Assembly: GCA_049297675.1 (NCBI GenBank) | Contig: JBAQUS010000010.1 | Location: 6,781-70,780 of the forward strand | Direction of reading: 5' to 3' | DNA length: 64,000 nt | DNA from: Minisyncoccia bacterium | Lineage (GTDB): Bacteria > Patescibacteriota > Minisyncoccia > Phycocordibacterales > DATDWN01 | Part shown: positions 1-8,786 of the stretch, one piece after another | How the letters are laid out: the number at the start of each line of letters is the position of its first letter | Position numbering within the stretch: the stretch's first letter is position 1 | The notes under the pieces: generated by a model | What the model saw: the letters and a program-made list of their open reading frames with translations, nothing else | What the model was told of the DNA's origin: nothing | The model's database searches: none | Program-made: the position numbers and the translations under genes

Positions 1-846
1 GGGAAAATTATTTTTGAAATAGAGTCAGGCGAGTTAAAAAAATACGGATCGGAAGAGGTCAGAGTATCTGACCTCGAAGAATTTGTAGAAGAGCTCCACC
101 TTAAAAATATTTACGTAATAGGTCGCGTGGCTGTTTTTCAAGATGAATACTTTGTAAAATTCAGACCAGATTTAGCAATAAAAAATAGGTCAGGTGAAAA
201 TATTTGGAAGGACAGGAAGGGAATATCTTGGATAGATCCTGCATCAAAAGAATATTGGGACTATATAATATTAATATCAAAGGAAGCTAGAAAAATTGGT
301 TTTGATGAGATAAATTTTGATTATATTAGATTTCCATCGGATGGAAACATGGTAGACATTTCATATCCCTTGAGCTCGACTACTCCAAAGTCTGAAGTTA
401 TGGAAAGTTTTTTTCGATATTTAAAAGAAAATCTGTCAGGAACAGGATTGAAAACCTCTGCAGATCTTTTTGGTATGACGACGACCTCGTATGACGACAT
501 GGGCATCGGTCAAGTTTTGGAAAAGGCTTTGCCTTATTTTGATTATGTTTCTCCTATGGTTTATCCATCGCATTATCCTCCAGGCTTTCAAGGCTATAAG
601 GATCCAGAAGCTCATCCATATGAGATGATTAGTTTTACATTAAAATCAGCATTGGATAGGACTATAAAAGCTAGTTCCACACCCGAAAAAATCAGACCTT
701 GGCTTCAAGACTTCGGGCTGAGGGTCTTTTACAGTTCAAAGGATGTTAGGGCTCAGATTAAGGCAGTAAATGACCTAGGTCTCTCATCTTGGATGCTCTG
801 GTCTCCATCAAACAAATATTCAAAAGACTCCTTTAATAATATATAG
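1..846 (+). CDS. 5'-truncated putative glycoside hydrolase-like TIM-barrel protein (GHL10/DUF4015-like)
   Basis: Frame 1 is open from base 1 through the first Met at 127, so the gene runs off the window start. Motifs such as FDEINFDYIRFP and WIDPASKEYWDYI resemble the DUF4015 hypothetical glycosyl-hydrolase family. Assignment is from memory of the family only. Confidence 0.45.
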   Translation, partial: GKIIFEIESGELKKYGSEEVRVSDLEEFVEELHLKNIYVIGRVAVFQDEYFVKFRPDLAIKNRSGENIWKDRKGISWIDPASKEYWDYIILISKEARKIGFDEINFDYIRFPSDGNMVDISYPLSSTTPKSEVMESFFRYLKENLSGTGLKTSADLFGMTTTSYDDMGIGQVLEKALPYFDYVSPMVYPSHYPPGFQGYKDPEAHPYEMISFTLKSALDRTIKASSTPEKIRPWLQDFGLRVFYSSKDVRAQIKAVNDLGLSSWMLWSPSNKYSKDSFNNI

Positions 847-950
847 GGCTTTTGTCTTTTGTAAATTCGAGTTATACTTTGTTAGGTTTAGTAATATAAA
901 AAACATGACACGGGGTTCACCCCTGCACTAAGTTTGCTCTAGCATTTTTG

Positions 951-986
951 TTGACACATGACATTAACTCTATAAAGTTTTATAAT
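951..986 (+). promoter_or_regulatory. Candidate sigma70-like promoter upstream of the pilin gene (TTGACA ... TATAAT)
   Basis: A perfect TTGACA lies at 951-956 and a perfect TATAAT at 981-986. The 24-nt spacing is too long for a canonical promoter, but an alternative TATAAA lies at 971-976 with 14-nt spacing. Real usage is uncertain. Confidence 0.2.
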
Positions 987-1008
987 GTAACATTAAGTGA
1001 TTTTATTT

Positions 1009-1464
1009 ATGAAAATTAAAAAAATGCTGACAACAAGACCAAACTTAGTGCGGGGGTTTACTCTCATAGAGCTCTTGGTGGTTATTGCAATTATTGGAAT
1101 ACTAAGTTCAATTGTCTTGGTTTCTTTAAGTACCGCAAGAGACAAAGCCGCAAATGCTGGAGTTAAGTCAAATATAAGTGGGATACGAAATCAAGCAGAA
1201 ATTTCCTATGATGAAAATAATAATCTCTATACAAGTGTTTGTTCTGATTCAAAGGTCATGCAGGCACTCTCTGCCGCCAGTTTAGCTGGAACTGCTACAA
1301 CAACTAGTTATATTTGCAATGATGATGACAATTATTGGGTGGCTCAAACTCCACTTAAGATTGCGGATAATGATGGAAGTACGCTTTGGTGTATTGATAG
1401 CTCAGGGTCACCTAAGGGGGGGACGACTGCCATCATCCAAGATGTGGACACCTCCTGCCCATAA
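1009..1464 (+). CDS. Type IV pilin / pseudopilin with prepilin-type N-terminal cleavage-methylation motif
   Basis: The sequence MKIKKMLTTRPNLVRG|FTLIELLVVIAIIGILSSIVLVSL is a classic class III signal peptide, with G-1, F+1 and E+5 followed by a hydrophobic helix. The C-terminal region carries four Cys. The ORF track starts at GTG 997; the ATG at 1009 (or the one at 1024) is the more likely start. Confidence 0.85.
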   Translation: MKIKKMLTTRPNLVRGFTLIELLVVIAIIGILSSIVLVSLSTARDKAANAGVKSNISGIRNQAEISYDENNNLYTSVCSDSKVMQALSAASLAGTATTTSYICNDDDNYWVAQTPLKIADNDGSTLWCIDSSGSPKGGTTAIIQDVDTSCP

Positions 1465-1803
1465 TTAAACTTTCAAAACTGGCGCATTTCGTCGTTGGAA
1501 AGGCAAATGTGCTCGTCAACGTATATCCAATACGTCTCCTCGCCCATTCACCTTTCCGCCTAGAACTGCATCCAGTTTTGAAAGTTTAAGTGTTACGGAT
1601 GCAACGCTTCAGTATTTTGTACATCTGATGTCCAAGTGGCACTAACAAAATTTCGTTGACTAAATACTTTTCAGAGACTCCGCAACCCTCTAGCATGGTG
1701 TCGTCAATGACCCGAGCAAAGCGAGGGCTCTTGACGACTAGAGGGTGAGGACAAGGCTCAAAAAATTCACTGGAATTTTTTGAGCTCGCTCTGAAAAGTA
1801 TTT
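1465..1803. repeat. Two tandem large nested inverted-repeat (cruciform/hairpin) structures in a 370-bp non-coding spacer
   Basis: An 18-bp perfect IR pairs ttaaactttcaaaactgg (1465-1482) with ccagttttgaaagtttaa (1573-1590). A 15-bp perfect IR pairs aaatacttttcagag (1662-1676) with ctctgaaaagtattt (1789-1803). Inside the second are nested IRs: ccctctag/ctagaggg, gtcgtcaa/ttgacgac, and gctcaaaaaattc/gaattttttgagc. Confidence 0.6.
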
Positions 1804-1837
1804 AGGAGAAAGAAATTTTGTGTTATAATACGCCGAA

Positions 1838-3661
1838 ATGGATAACGATATAACATATTTTGCAGAAACTGATGCTAGAAATAAAAAAGTTAAATTTGGA
1901 ATAAAGGCCAAGGATAGATTAAAACATCTCTATGTTATTGGGAAAACAGGAATGGGAAAGTCTACCCTTCTTGAGAATATGGCCATTCAGGATATTCAAA
2001 GCGGAAACGGCTTGGCCGTTATTGATCCTCACGGAAGTATGGCCGAGAAGCTTTTGGATTATGTGCCAGAAAATAGAATAGACGATGTTTTGTATTTTGC
2101 TCCTTTTGATCTAGATTACCCAATTTCCTTTAACATTATGGAGGATGTTGGAGCTGACAAAAGGCACTTGGTAGTGGCGGGACTGATGGCCACATTTGAG
2201 AAGATTTGGGCCGATGCTTGGTCGGCAAGAATGGCATATATATTACAGAACACACTTTTAGCCCTCCTTGAATTTCCGGGAGCGACTCTTCTCGGTGTAA
2301 ACAGGATGTATACCGACAAGAATTTTCGAAATCAGGTAGTTGATAATATAAAGGATGTTGCTGTGCGCTCTTTTTGGGTTGATGAGTTTACAAAATATAC
2401 AGATAGATATACTCAGGAAGCGACGCCTGCAATACAGAACAAAATTGGTCAATTTGCTAGTAATCCTCTCATTAGAAACATTATCGGTCAGAGTAAATCA
2501 AGTTTTAATTTGAGAGACATAATGGATCAAAAAAAGATTCTTATAATGAATCTTTCAAAAGGTCTGGTCGGTGAGGGCAATGCCAAACTACTTGGCTCAA
2601 TGCTTATCACCAAAATTTACCTAGCTGCCATGAGTCGAGCTGACCTCAGTGCCAAAGAGATGATTTCAACTCCTAATTTTTATTTTTATGTTGATGAGTT
2701 TCAATCTTTCGCTAACAAATCATTTGCTGATATTTTATCTGAGGCCAGAAAATACAAACTCAATTTGACGATTGCTCACCAGTACATTGAGCAGATGGAA
2801 GAAGAGGTTCGGGATGCTGTTTTTGGAAACGTTGGAACAATGATTACTTTTAGAGTGGGAGCTTTTGATGCAGAAGTGTTAGAGAAAGAATTTTTCCCTA
2901 CATTTACTGCATCAGATTTGGTCAATCTTGGTTTTGCTCAAGTTTACTTGAAACTGATGATAGACGGAGTGTCATCTCAACCTTTTTCGGCTAGAACAAT
3001 TGCTCCAATACCTAAACCGGTAATTAGCTATAAAAATGCAGTAATAAAAAGTTCCAGAGATCAGTTCGGTCGTTCGAGAATAGATGTGGAGAAAGAAATA
3101 AATGAGTGGCATGGATCAAGTCCAGCAAGCACAAAAGAAGAGAAGCCTCAACAAAGAAGAGAATGGGATAGACCAAAGGAGTATCCAAAACCAAGTGATG
3201 GTGGAAGACCTAATCCACAGTTAGCTCAAGTTCTAACACAATTTACAAAACCTATTGAGCACAAAGAGAGCTTTCAAAAGCCAACAGAGGAGTTTAGAAA
3301 AAGAGAGACTTCTCCAAAACCAATTGCACCAGTGCATAACAATCCTAATCCAAACCAGACGGTTTCACTTTCAAATTTAAGTAGTATAAAAGACAATAAA
3401 AAACCGACAATGGAAGGCATATCCAGTTTAAAAGAAGCACTTTCTAAAGTAATAAATAAACCCAGAATTGAGCCCGAGACAAAACCAATAGTAAAACTTG
3501 AGGCAAAACCACTAGAGAGAAAAATTACCACAGAGAACAATAAAGATAATAGTAAAGATATGAAAGATCAGCAGAGAGAGAATGTTAAAAAAGAAACGCC
3601 TCCAAAAGAGGTCCCAGAAGAAGTTCTTAGGAAAATATTAAGCATGGATGGAAACAAATAG
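1838..3661 (+). CDS. FtsK/HerA-superfamily P-loop NTPase (TraD/VirD4 coupling-protein-like or DUF87/DUF853-like) with a ~200-aa Lys/Glu/Pro-rich low-complexity C-terminal tail
   Basis: Walker A (VIGKTGMGKST) is followed by VIDPHG, and a Walker B-like FYVDEFQSF is followed by IAHQ. There is no N-terminal TM segment. The C-terminus (about aa 400-607) is K/E/P-rich and predicted disordered. Confidence 0.5.
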   Translation: MDNDITYFAETDARNKKVKFGIKAKDRLKHLYVIGKTGMGKSTLLENMAIQDIQSGNGLAVIDPHGSMAEKLLDYVPENRIDDVLYFAPFDLDYPISFNIMEDVGADKRHLVVAGLMATFEKIWADAWSARMAYILQNTLLALLEFPGATLLGVNRMYTDKNFRNQVVDNIKDVAVRSFWVDEFTKYTDRYTQEATPAIQNKIGQFASNPLIRNIIGQSKSSFNLRDIMDQKKILIMNLSKGLVGEGNAKLLGSMLITKIYLAAMSRADLSAKEMISTPNFYFYVDEFQSFANKSFADILSEARKYKLNLTIAHQYIEQMEEEVRDAVFGNVGTMITFRVGAFDAEVLEKEFFPTFTASDLVNLGFAQVYLKLMIDGVSSQPFSARTIAPIPKPVISYKNAVIKSSRDQFGRSRIDVEKEINEWHGSSPASTKEEKPQQRREWDRPKEYPKPSDGGRPNPQLAQVLTQFTKPIEHKESFQKPTEEFRKRETSPKPIAPVHNNPNPNQTVSLSNLSSIKDNKKPTMEGISSLKEALSKVINKPRIEPETKPIVKLEAKPLERKITTENNKDNSKDMKDQQRENVKKETPPKEVPEEVLRKILSMDGNK

Positions 3662-4859
3662 AAATATGATGTACGAAGATCGAAGCACTAAAAGGAGAAT
3701 ATTAATTTTTTCGACAGCCTATTATCCTTTCATGGCAGGGGCCGAGATAGCAATAAAGGAAATAACAAATAGATTGTCGGAAGATTTTGAATTTGACTTG
3801 ATTACCGCAAAACTAGATAAAAATTTAAAAAGTTTTGAGAAAATTGGGGTAGTAAATGTCTATAGGTTGGGTTCTGGCAAGCCTATATTTGATAAATTTT
3901 TTTTACCTTTTCTTGGTGCAATTCGGGCATATAAACTTAGCAGGCAAAATAACTATTTTTGTCTTTGGGCGGTTATGATTACTTTTGCAAGTGGAGCTGG
4001 ATTTCTCTTAAATATTCTTAGATTCTTAACTGGAAAAAATAGAATCCCTATGGTTCTTTCACTTCAAGAAGGGGATTCAGAAAGCCACTTGAAATACAGA
4101 TGGGCAGGCTTAATCTCATTGTCGTGGCGCTTGGCTCTTAGTCAGACGGATATATTGACCGGATTAAGTAATTTTTTATTGAATAGAGCAAAAAAATATG
4201 GTTATAAAGGTGAGGCTGTTCTAGTTCCAAACGGCGTGGATTTATCAATTTTTTTAAATGAAGTTAGTCTGGATGATAAAAATTCACTTAAAGTAAAATT
4301 AGGTAAAAAAGATGAAGAAGTTTTTCTGGTCACAACAAGCAGACTTAACCACAAAAATGCAGTTGATGATATTATAAGAAGTTTAGTAAGTCTTCCGGAA
4401 AATATAACCTTGATTGTTATTGGAAAAGGTGAAGAAGGCCAAAGGCTTCAAAAACTGGCAGATGATTTGAAGGTAGCGCATAGGGTGAAATTTTTAGGTT
4501 TTTTGGATTATGAGGAATTACCAAAACATCTTTCAGTTTGTGATATTTTTATAAGACCCTCTCGTTCGGAAGGATTCGGAAATTCTTTCATAGAGGCGAT
4601 GGCAGTAGGGCTACCGGTTATAGGGACACCAGTTGGCGGTATACCTGATTTTCTTGACGATAAAGAAACTGGAGTTTTTTGCTCACCTGACAATCCGCAG
4701 AGCATTGCTATGGCAGTAAATTTAATTCTTTCGGACAGAGAGCTCCGAGAAAAAATAATTTATAACGCAAAAGACAGGGTTGTTGCCATGTATGGTTGGG
4801 ATCACATATCTCAAAAAATGAAAGGTCTTGCATTTGATAGATTGCTAAAATATGTATAG
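3648..4859 (+). CDS. Glycosyltransferase family 1 (GT4-type, GT-B fold)
   Basis: Carries the C-terminal GT1 signature EGFGNSFIEAMAVGLPVIGTPVGGIPDFL. The start overlaps the upstream gene by 14 nt, consistent with an operon. Confidence 0.8.
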   Translation: METNRNMMYEDRSTKRRILIFSTAYYPFMAGAEIAIKEITNRLSEDFEFDLITAKLDKNLKSFEKIGVVNVYRLGSGKPIFDKFFLPFLGAIRAYKLSRQNNYFCLWAVMITFASGAGFLLNILRFLTGKNRIPMVLSLQEGDSESHLKYRWAGLISLSWRLALSQTDILTGLSNFLLNRAKKYGYKGEAVLVPNGVDLSIFLNEVSLDDKNSLKVKLGKKDEEVFLVTTSRLNHKNAVDDIIRSLVSLPENITLIVIGKGEEGQRLQKLADDLKVAHRVKFLGFLDYEELPKHLSVCDIFIRPSRSEGFGNSFIEAMAVGLPVIGTPVGGIPDFLDDKETGVFCSPDNPQSIAMAVNLILSDRELREKIIYNAKDRVVAMYGWDHISQKMKGLAFDRLLKYV

Positions 4860-4876
4860 TATAGACGCCTTATGAG

Positions 4877-4991
4877 TCCCGTTAGAAACCGCGGTCACGA
4901 AGTAGTATGATTAGTTATAAAAAGTATATGTTAGTCGAATATAAATTAACAAAATTACAGATTGCGATGATCGCGACCTGTTTCTAACGGG
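4877..4991. repeat. MITE-like palindromic element, family 1 copy a (terminal IR CCCGTTAGAAAC / GTTTCTAACGGG)
   Basis: Reads tcccgttagaaaccgcggtcacgaagt ... ttaacaaaattacagattgcgatgatcgcgacctgtttctaacggga, with perfect 12-bp terminal inverted repeats. It is near-identical at both ends to the copy at 13555-13670. The right terminus abuts the ATG of the downstream GT gene (ctaacggg-ATG). Confidence 0.65.
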
Positions 4992-5999
4992 ATGAGAATT
5001 CTAATTACAACAGGTATATATCCACCAAAGGTAGGTGGTCCATCACAGTATGCCAAAAACTTATTTGAAGTCTGGCAAAAGGCGGGTCATGAAGTTTTAG
5101 TTCGAACTTACACTATTGAGAATAGTATACCTACTGGAATAAGACACATTTGGTTTTTTTTGAAAATTATTCCTGCAGTGTTAAAATCGGATTTTGTCCT
5201 AAGCCTTGATACTTATAGTGTTGGGTTTCCCTCTGTCTTTGCCTCAAAAATTTTTGGGAAAAAAGTAATGATTCGTACAGGAGGAGATTTTCTCTGGGAG
5301 AGCTATGTAGAAAGAACAAGAGAAAGAGTATTGTTTAGAAATTTCTACGAAGATAAAGCTGTCAAACTGAATCTTAAAGAAAAAGTTATTTTTTCTATCA
5401 CCAAGTGGACTTTGAAAAATGCTAATAAACTCATTTTTTCGACAAATTGGCAGAGGGACATTTTCGTTAAAGCTTACCAGTTGGATATAGAAAAAACATC
5501 TATTATAGAAAATTATTATGGCCAGAAAGAATCCAGTTTGGGTCCAAATTCTAAAGATTTTATAGCTTCGACTAGAAATTTGTATTGGAAAAATCTCGAT
5601 GTATTGAAAAAGATCTTCGTGAGAATTGTTCGCAAGAACTCGCAGGTAAAGCTTTACACTTTGAATACCGATTATGATTCATTTATGGAAAGGATGAGGG
5701 GTAGTTTTGCTGTTGTTCTTGTCTCACTTGGGGACATAAGTCCAAACATGATTCTCGATGCCATAAGACTAAATAAGCCTTTTATTTGCACAAAAGAAGT
5801 TGGGATTTTTGATAGAATAAAAGATGCCGGTATTTTTGTGGATCCACTGAATGAAAATGAAATTGAGGAGGCTGTTTTAAAACTACTCAATCCTGAGGAA
5901 TATTCAAAAGCTAAAGAGAAGGTCAAAAATTTTAATTTTACACATACATGGGAAGAGATTTGTAATGAATTCATAACAATTTATAATTCAATAGAATAA
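4992..5999 (+). CDS. Glycosyltransferase (GT-B, GT4-like N-terminal domain)
   Basis: The N-terminus MRILITTGIYPPKVGGPSQYAKNL is the typical GT4 N-terminal motif. The C-terminal half is only weakly GT1-like. Confidence 0.55.
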   Translation: MRILITTGIYPPKVGGPSQYAKNLFEVWQKAGHEVLVRTYTIENSIPTGIRHIWFFLKIIPAVLKSDFVLSLDTYSVGFPSVFASKIFGKKVMIRTGGDFLWESYVERTRERVLFRNFYEDKAVKLNLKEKVIFSITKWTLKNANKLIFSTNWQRDIFVKAYQLDIEKTSIIENYYGQKESSLGPNSKDFIASTRNLYWKNLDVLKKIFVRIVRKNSQVKLYTLNTDYDSFMERMRGSFAVVLVSLGDISPNMILDAIRLNKPFICTKEVGIFDRIKDAGIFVDPLNENEIEEAVLKLLNPEEYSKAKEKVKNFNFTHTWEEICNEFITIYNSIE

Positions 6000-6003
6000 A
6001 GGG

Positions 6004-7155
6004 ATGAAAGTCTTATCAATCGGAATGGATAGAAAGTTGTTTGAAGAGGGAAGTTCTGTTTTGGAGCGTTCAAAAGAATATGCCGAAAAAATGGAGGAGC
6101 TCCACATAGTTGTCTTTTCATTACAAAGACACAACCTTTTATACAAAAAATACCAAAATTTGCATATTTATCCGACAAATTCATATTCCAGGATCACTTT
6201 TTTGTTCGGGGCATACTTCCTCGGAAAGAAAATAATAGAGGAGAATAATTTTTTGACGAGTAGATCAATTATAACAGTCCAAGATCCTATGACCATAGTC
6301 GGATATTGCCTATCAAAGAAATTCAAACTTCCCATTCAGCTTCAGATTCACACTGATATATTCAACTCTAATTTTAAAAAATCTCTGATTGGATTTGGAA
6401 ATTTCTGGTATTCTGGGCTCGTTCAGGTTCCACTGACTACTTATTTTCTACCTAGAGTTTCTGGAATAAGAGTGGTTAGCCAATCGATCAAAGATTCTAT
6501 TTTGACTAAGTTTAGTTTTTTAGATAGAAAAATAGAAGTTTTACCAATATATGTCGATATAAATCATCTAATAAGTAGTTATCCAGGAAGGGATATAAAA
6601 AAGGATTTTCCTGGGTTCAACAGTATCATTCTTATGGCCTCTAGATTATCAAAAGAGAAAAGAATCGATATTGCTTTAAATTCCTTTAAGAAAGTATTGT
6701 CAAAGTTTCCACTGGCCGGATTGGTTATTTGTGGGGAGGGTCTTGAAAGAGAAAATCTCATAGTCAAAGCTAAGGAGTTAGATATTTCAAAAAGTGTCGT
6801 TTTTTTGCCTTGGCAGAGCGATCTCATGTCATACTATAAAACTTGCGATGTTTTTCTTCTTACTTCTGAGTATGAGGGGTACGGAATGACGCTTATAGAA
6901 GCTGGGGCATCGGGCTGTCCTGTAGTTACAACAAAGGTAGGTGTGGCTAACTCAAATCTTTTTGAGGATGGAAGAAATTCTTACGTTTGCGAAATCAACG
7001 ATACCGATTGTCTCTCTGAAAAAATTACCATATTATTAGATAACAATACCAAGAGAGACGATTTCAAGAGGAATTTGCAGAAAAACATAAAAAATTATTC
7101 AAAGACAAAAGAAGAGTATGTTGATCAATATGTTTCCTTACTTGAAAAACTTTAA
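6004..7155 (+). CDS. Glycosyltransferase family 1 (GT4-type)
   Basis: Carries the GT1 C-terminal signature SEYEGYGMTLIEAGASGCPVVTTKVG. Confidence 0.75.
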   Translation: MKVLSIGMDRKLFEEGSSVLERSKEYAEKMEELHIVVFSLQRHNLLYKKYQNLHIYPTNSYSRITFLFGAYFLGKKIIEENNFLTSRSIITVQDPMTIVGYCLSKKFKLPIQLQIHTDIFNSNFKKSLIGFGNFWYSGLVQVPLTTYFLPRVSGIRVVSQSIKDSILTKFSFLDRKIEVLPIYVDINHLISSYPGRDIKKDFPGFNSIILMASRLSKEKRIDIALNSFKKVLSKFPLAGLVICGEGLERENLIVKAKELDISKSVVFLPWQSDLMSYYKTCDVFLLTSEYEGYGMTLIEAGASGCPVVTTKVGVANSNLFEDGRNSYVCEINDTDCLSEKITILLDNNTKRDDFKRNLQKNIKNYSKTKEEYVDQYVSLLEKL

Positions 7156-7164
7156 AAAATTTCG

Positions 7165-7590
7165 ATGCATAAAAAAATATTTACTCTAGTTTTGGATGTT
7201 TTGGAGGAACACAAAATACTTAGATACATTATCTCTGGCGGTATGAGTGCTACGGTAAACATTTCTCTTTTCTCTCTATTTTTTTATATCTTTGATATTT
7301 ATTACATAATCTCAAACATTATGGCTTTTTCGGTAGCTTTTTTTGTCAGTTTGTTTTTACAAAAATTTTGGACATTTAGAGATCATTCAACAGAAAATAT
7401 GCACATTCAAGGGATGTATTATCTTCTCAACTCTCTTTTAGGTTTGGCAATAAACACCACAGTCCTTTATGTTTGTGTTGATTATTTGAAATTTATACCG
7501 ATTGTAGGAGTAATCATAGCTGGAATATGTACTGCTCTAGTAACATTTCAGATTTCTAGTAGATATGTGTTTAATAATAGCTTTAAATGA
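7165..7590 (+). CDS. GtrA-family small membrane protein (putative polyprenol-phosphate-sugar flippase)
   Basis: A 141-aa protein with four predicted TM segments. The N-terminal LRYIISGGMSATVNISLFSLF matches the GtrA-family pattern. Confidence 0.6.
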   Translation: MHKKIFTLVLDVLEEHKILRYIISGGMSATVNISLFSLFFYIFDIYYIISNIMAFSVAFFVSLFLQKFWTFRDHSTENMHIQGMYYLLNSLLGLAINTTVLYVCVDYLKFIPIVGVIIAGICTALVTFQISSRYVFNNSFK

Positions 7591-7622
7591 TTCCATAATT
7601 TTGACAGAAATGAGTGTGTATA

Positions 7623-7641
7623 ATGGTACCTGACACCATTT
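7623..7641 (+). repeat. REP-like palindromic sequence (AATGGTACCTGACACCAtt), copy 1
   Basis: One of four copies of the 17-18-bp motif AATGGTACCTGACACCA. It contains the TGGT...ACCA stem and a KpnI-type GGTACC core. It sits at the left edge of the RAYT-containing cassette. Confidence 0.6.
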
Positions 7642-7682
7642 CTCCCTTGGTGTTCCAGTTGATAAATTGCTAAAATAATAAT

Positions 7683-8699
7683 ATGAAAAATCTTGGACAG
7701 TTAACTCCTGCACATGAAAGTGTAGAGAAAAAAGAAAATGGTGTAGAAATTTCTGCTACGAAAGAATCGGCAGTCGTTTCATTTCGTAATCTTGAATTAA
7801 ATGAACAAAACCCCAGATCGCCAGAGATTAAAATTGTTGTTGAAAAACAACCTGTTGAATTAGTTGAGGGGAAAAGCTATGTCAATTCTGCGGTTTTAAT
7901 TGATAAAGAAACGGAAAGAATGCAGTCACTTGCAACTCAGGCGGAAGCACTTTTAGAAATACCAGAAAATGAGAGGCCAGCAAAAGTTTTAGAGATTTTG
8001 AGAAGCAAAATGCACTACGCATACAATGATGTTCTTGATAAACTTTCTGAAAGTGATCCTGATTTAGCAAAATGGGTTGCAGAAAATACTGGTCTTAGTT
8101 CTCCATTTTCCCATGATGTTCCTTTATCGGATCTTGTGGAGAAAGGCTATGGTGTATGTAGGCATTTGTCCGTTGCATATTTATGGTTGGCACAAAAGGC
8201 AGGATTGAAAGGCGTTTTGTTGAGTAGTGAGTATGGTTCAATAAAAAATATTGAAAGAACTGATACAAAACAAAAATTATTTAGATCGGCAGATATTGGT
8301 AAACCAGTTTCTGCTCATTCTTGGGTAGAAATAAAAACAAGTGACGGACAGTGGATTCCAGTTGATCCATCCACGAAACTTGTTGGTGATTCAGAAGAAG
8401 GGCTAGCCATGTTTAAAGAAGCAAATTATTTGGCTATTGGATATGGGATAGACATTGACGCGGAACCAGGAGATAAGTTGGGGGTTGATAGAACAGCAAT
8501 ATTTTTTGCTCCTGCAGAGCCAACATCTTCTGGAACGTTTTGTTTAGAACTTCGTAGTTCAAAACCCACTATCAGATTCGGAAAAGAAAATTTACCGCCT
8601 ACTAATGTCCCGTATTCAGGAGAAGGAAAATTGAAAATAGAAAAAGACGATAATTATGGAGGTTTTGCACTTGATATTTTGGAAGTTAAGGTAGAATAA
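7683..8699 (+). CDS. Transglutaminase-like cysteine-protease-superfamily protein
   Basis: Shows a Cys-His-Asp triad pattern: GYGVCRHLSVAYLW (Cys), SAHSWVEIKTSDGQWIPVDPS (His and Asp). Confidence 0.6.
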   Translation: MKNLGQLTPAHESVEKKENGVEISATKESAVVSFRNLELNEQNPRSPEIKIVVEKQPVELVEGKSYVNSAVLIDKETERMQSLATQAEALLEIPENERPAKVLEILRSKMHYAYNDVLDKLSESDPDLAKWVAENTGLSSPFSHDVPLSDLVEKGYGVCRHLSVAYLWLAQKAGLKGVLLSSEYGSIKNIERTDTKQKLFRSADIGKPVSAHSWVEIKTSDGQWIPVDPSTKLVGDSEEGLAMFKEANYLAIGYGIDIDAEPGDKLGVDRTAIFFAPAEPTSSGTFCLELRSSKPTIRFGKENLPPTNVPYSGEGKLKIEKDDNYGGFALDILEVKVE

Positions 8700-8740
8700 A
8701 AATTATTTTATCAATCCACAGTCTCCATGAAATTGGGAAA

Positions 8741-8758
8741 TTGGTGTCAGGTACCATT
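8741..8758 (-). repeat. REP-like palindromic sequence, copy 2 (inverted orientation)
   Basis: ttggtgtcaggtaccatt is the reverse complement of aatggtacctgacaccaa. It lies immediately upstream of the RAYT gene and is inverted relative to copy 3. Confidence 0.6.
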
Positions 8759-8786
8759 TTTTGTAATTACATGCTAGAGTCACTAA

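Noticed and set aside
911-925. Small GC hairpin ggggttcacccc after the first gene as a terminator
   Set aside because: There is no adjacent T-run on either strand, so an intrinsic terminator cannot be supported. It may simply be part of the upstream region of the pilin gene.
951-986. Textbook TTGACA and TATAAT hexamers upstream of the pilin gene as a confident promoter
   Set aside because: The spacing between the two perfect hexamers is 24 nt, not 17±1. It is kept only as a low-confidence feature because an alternative -10 gives poor spacing too.
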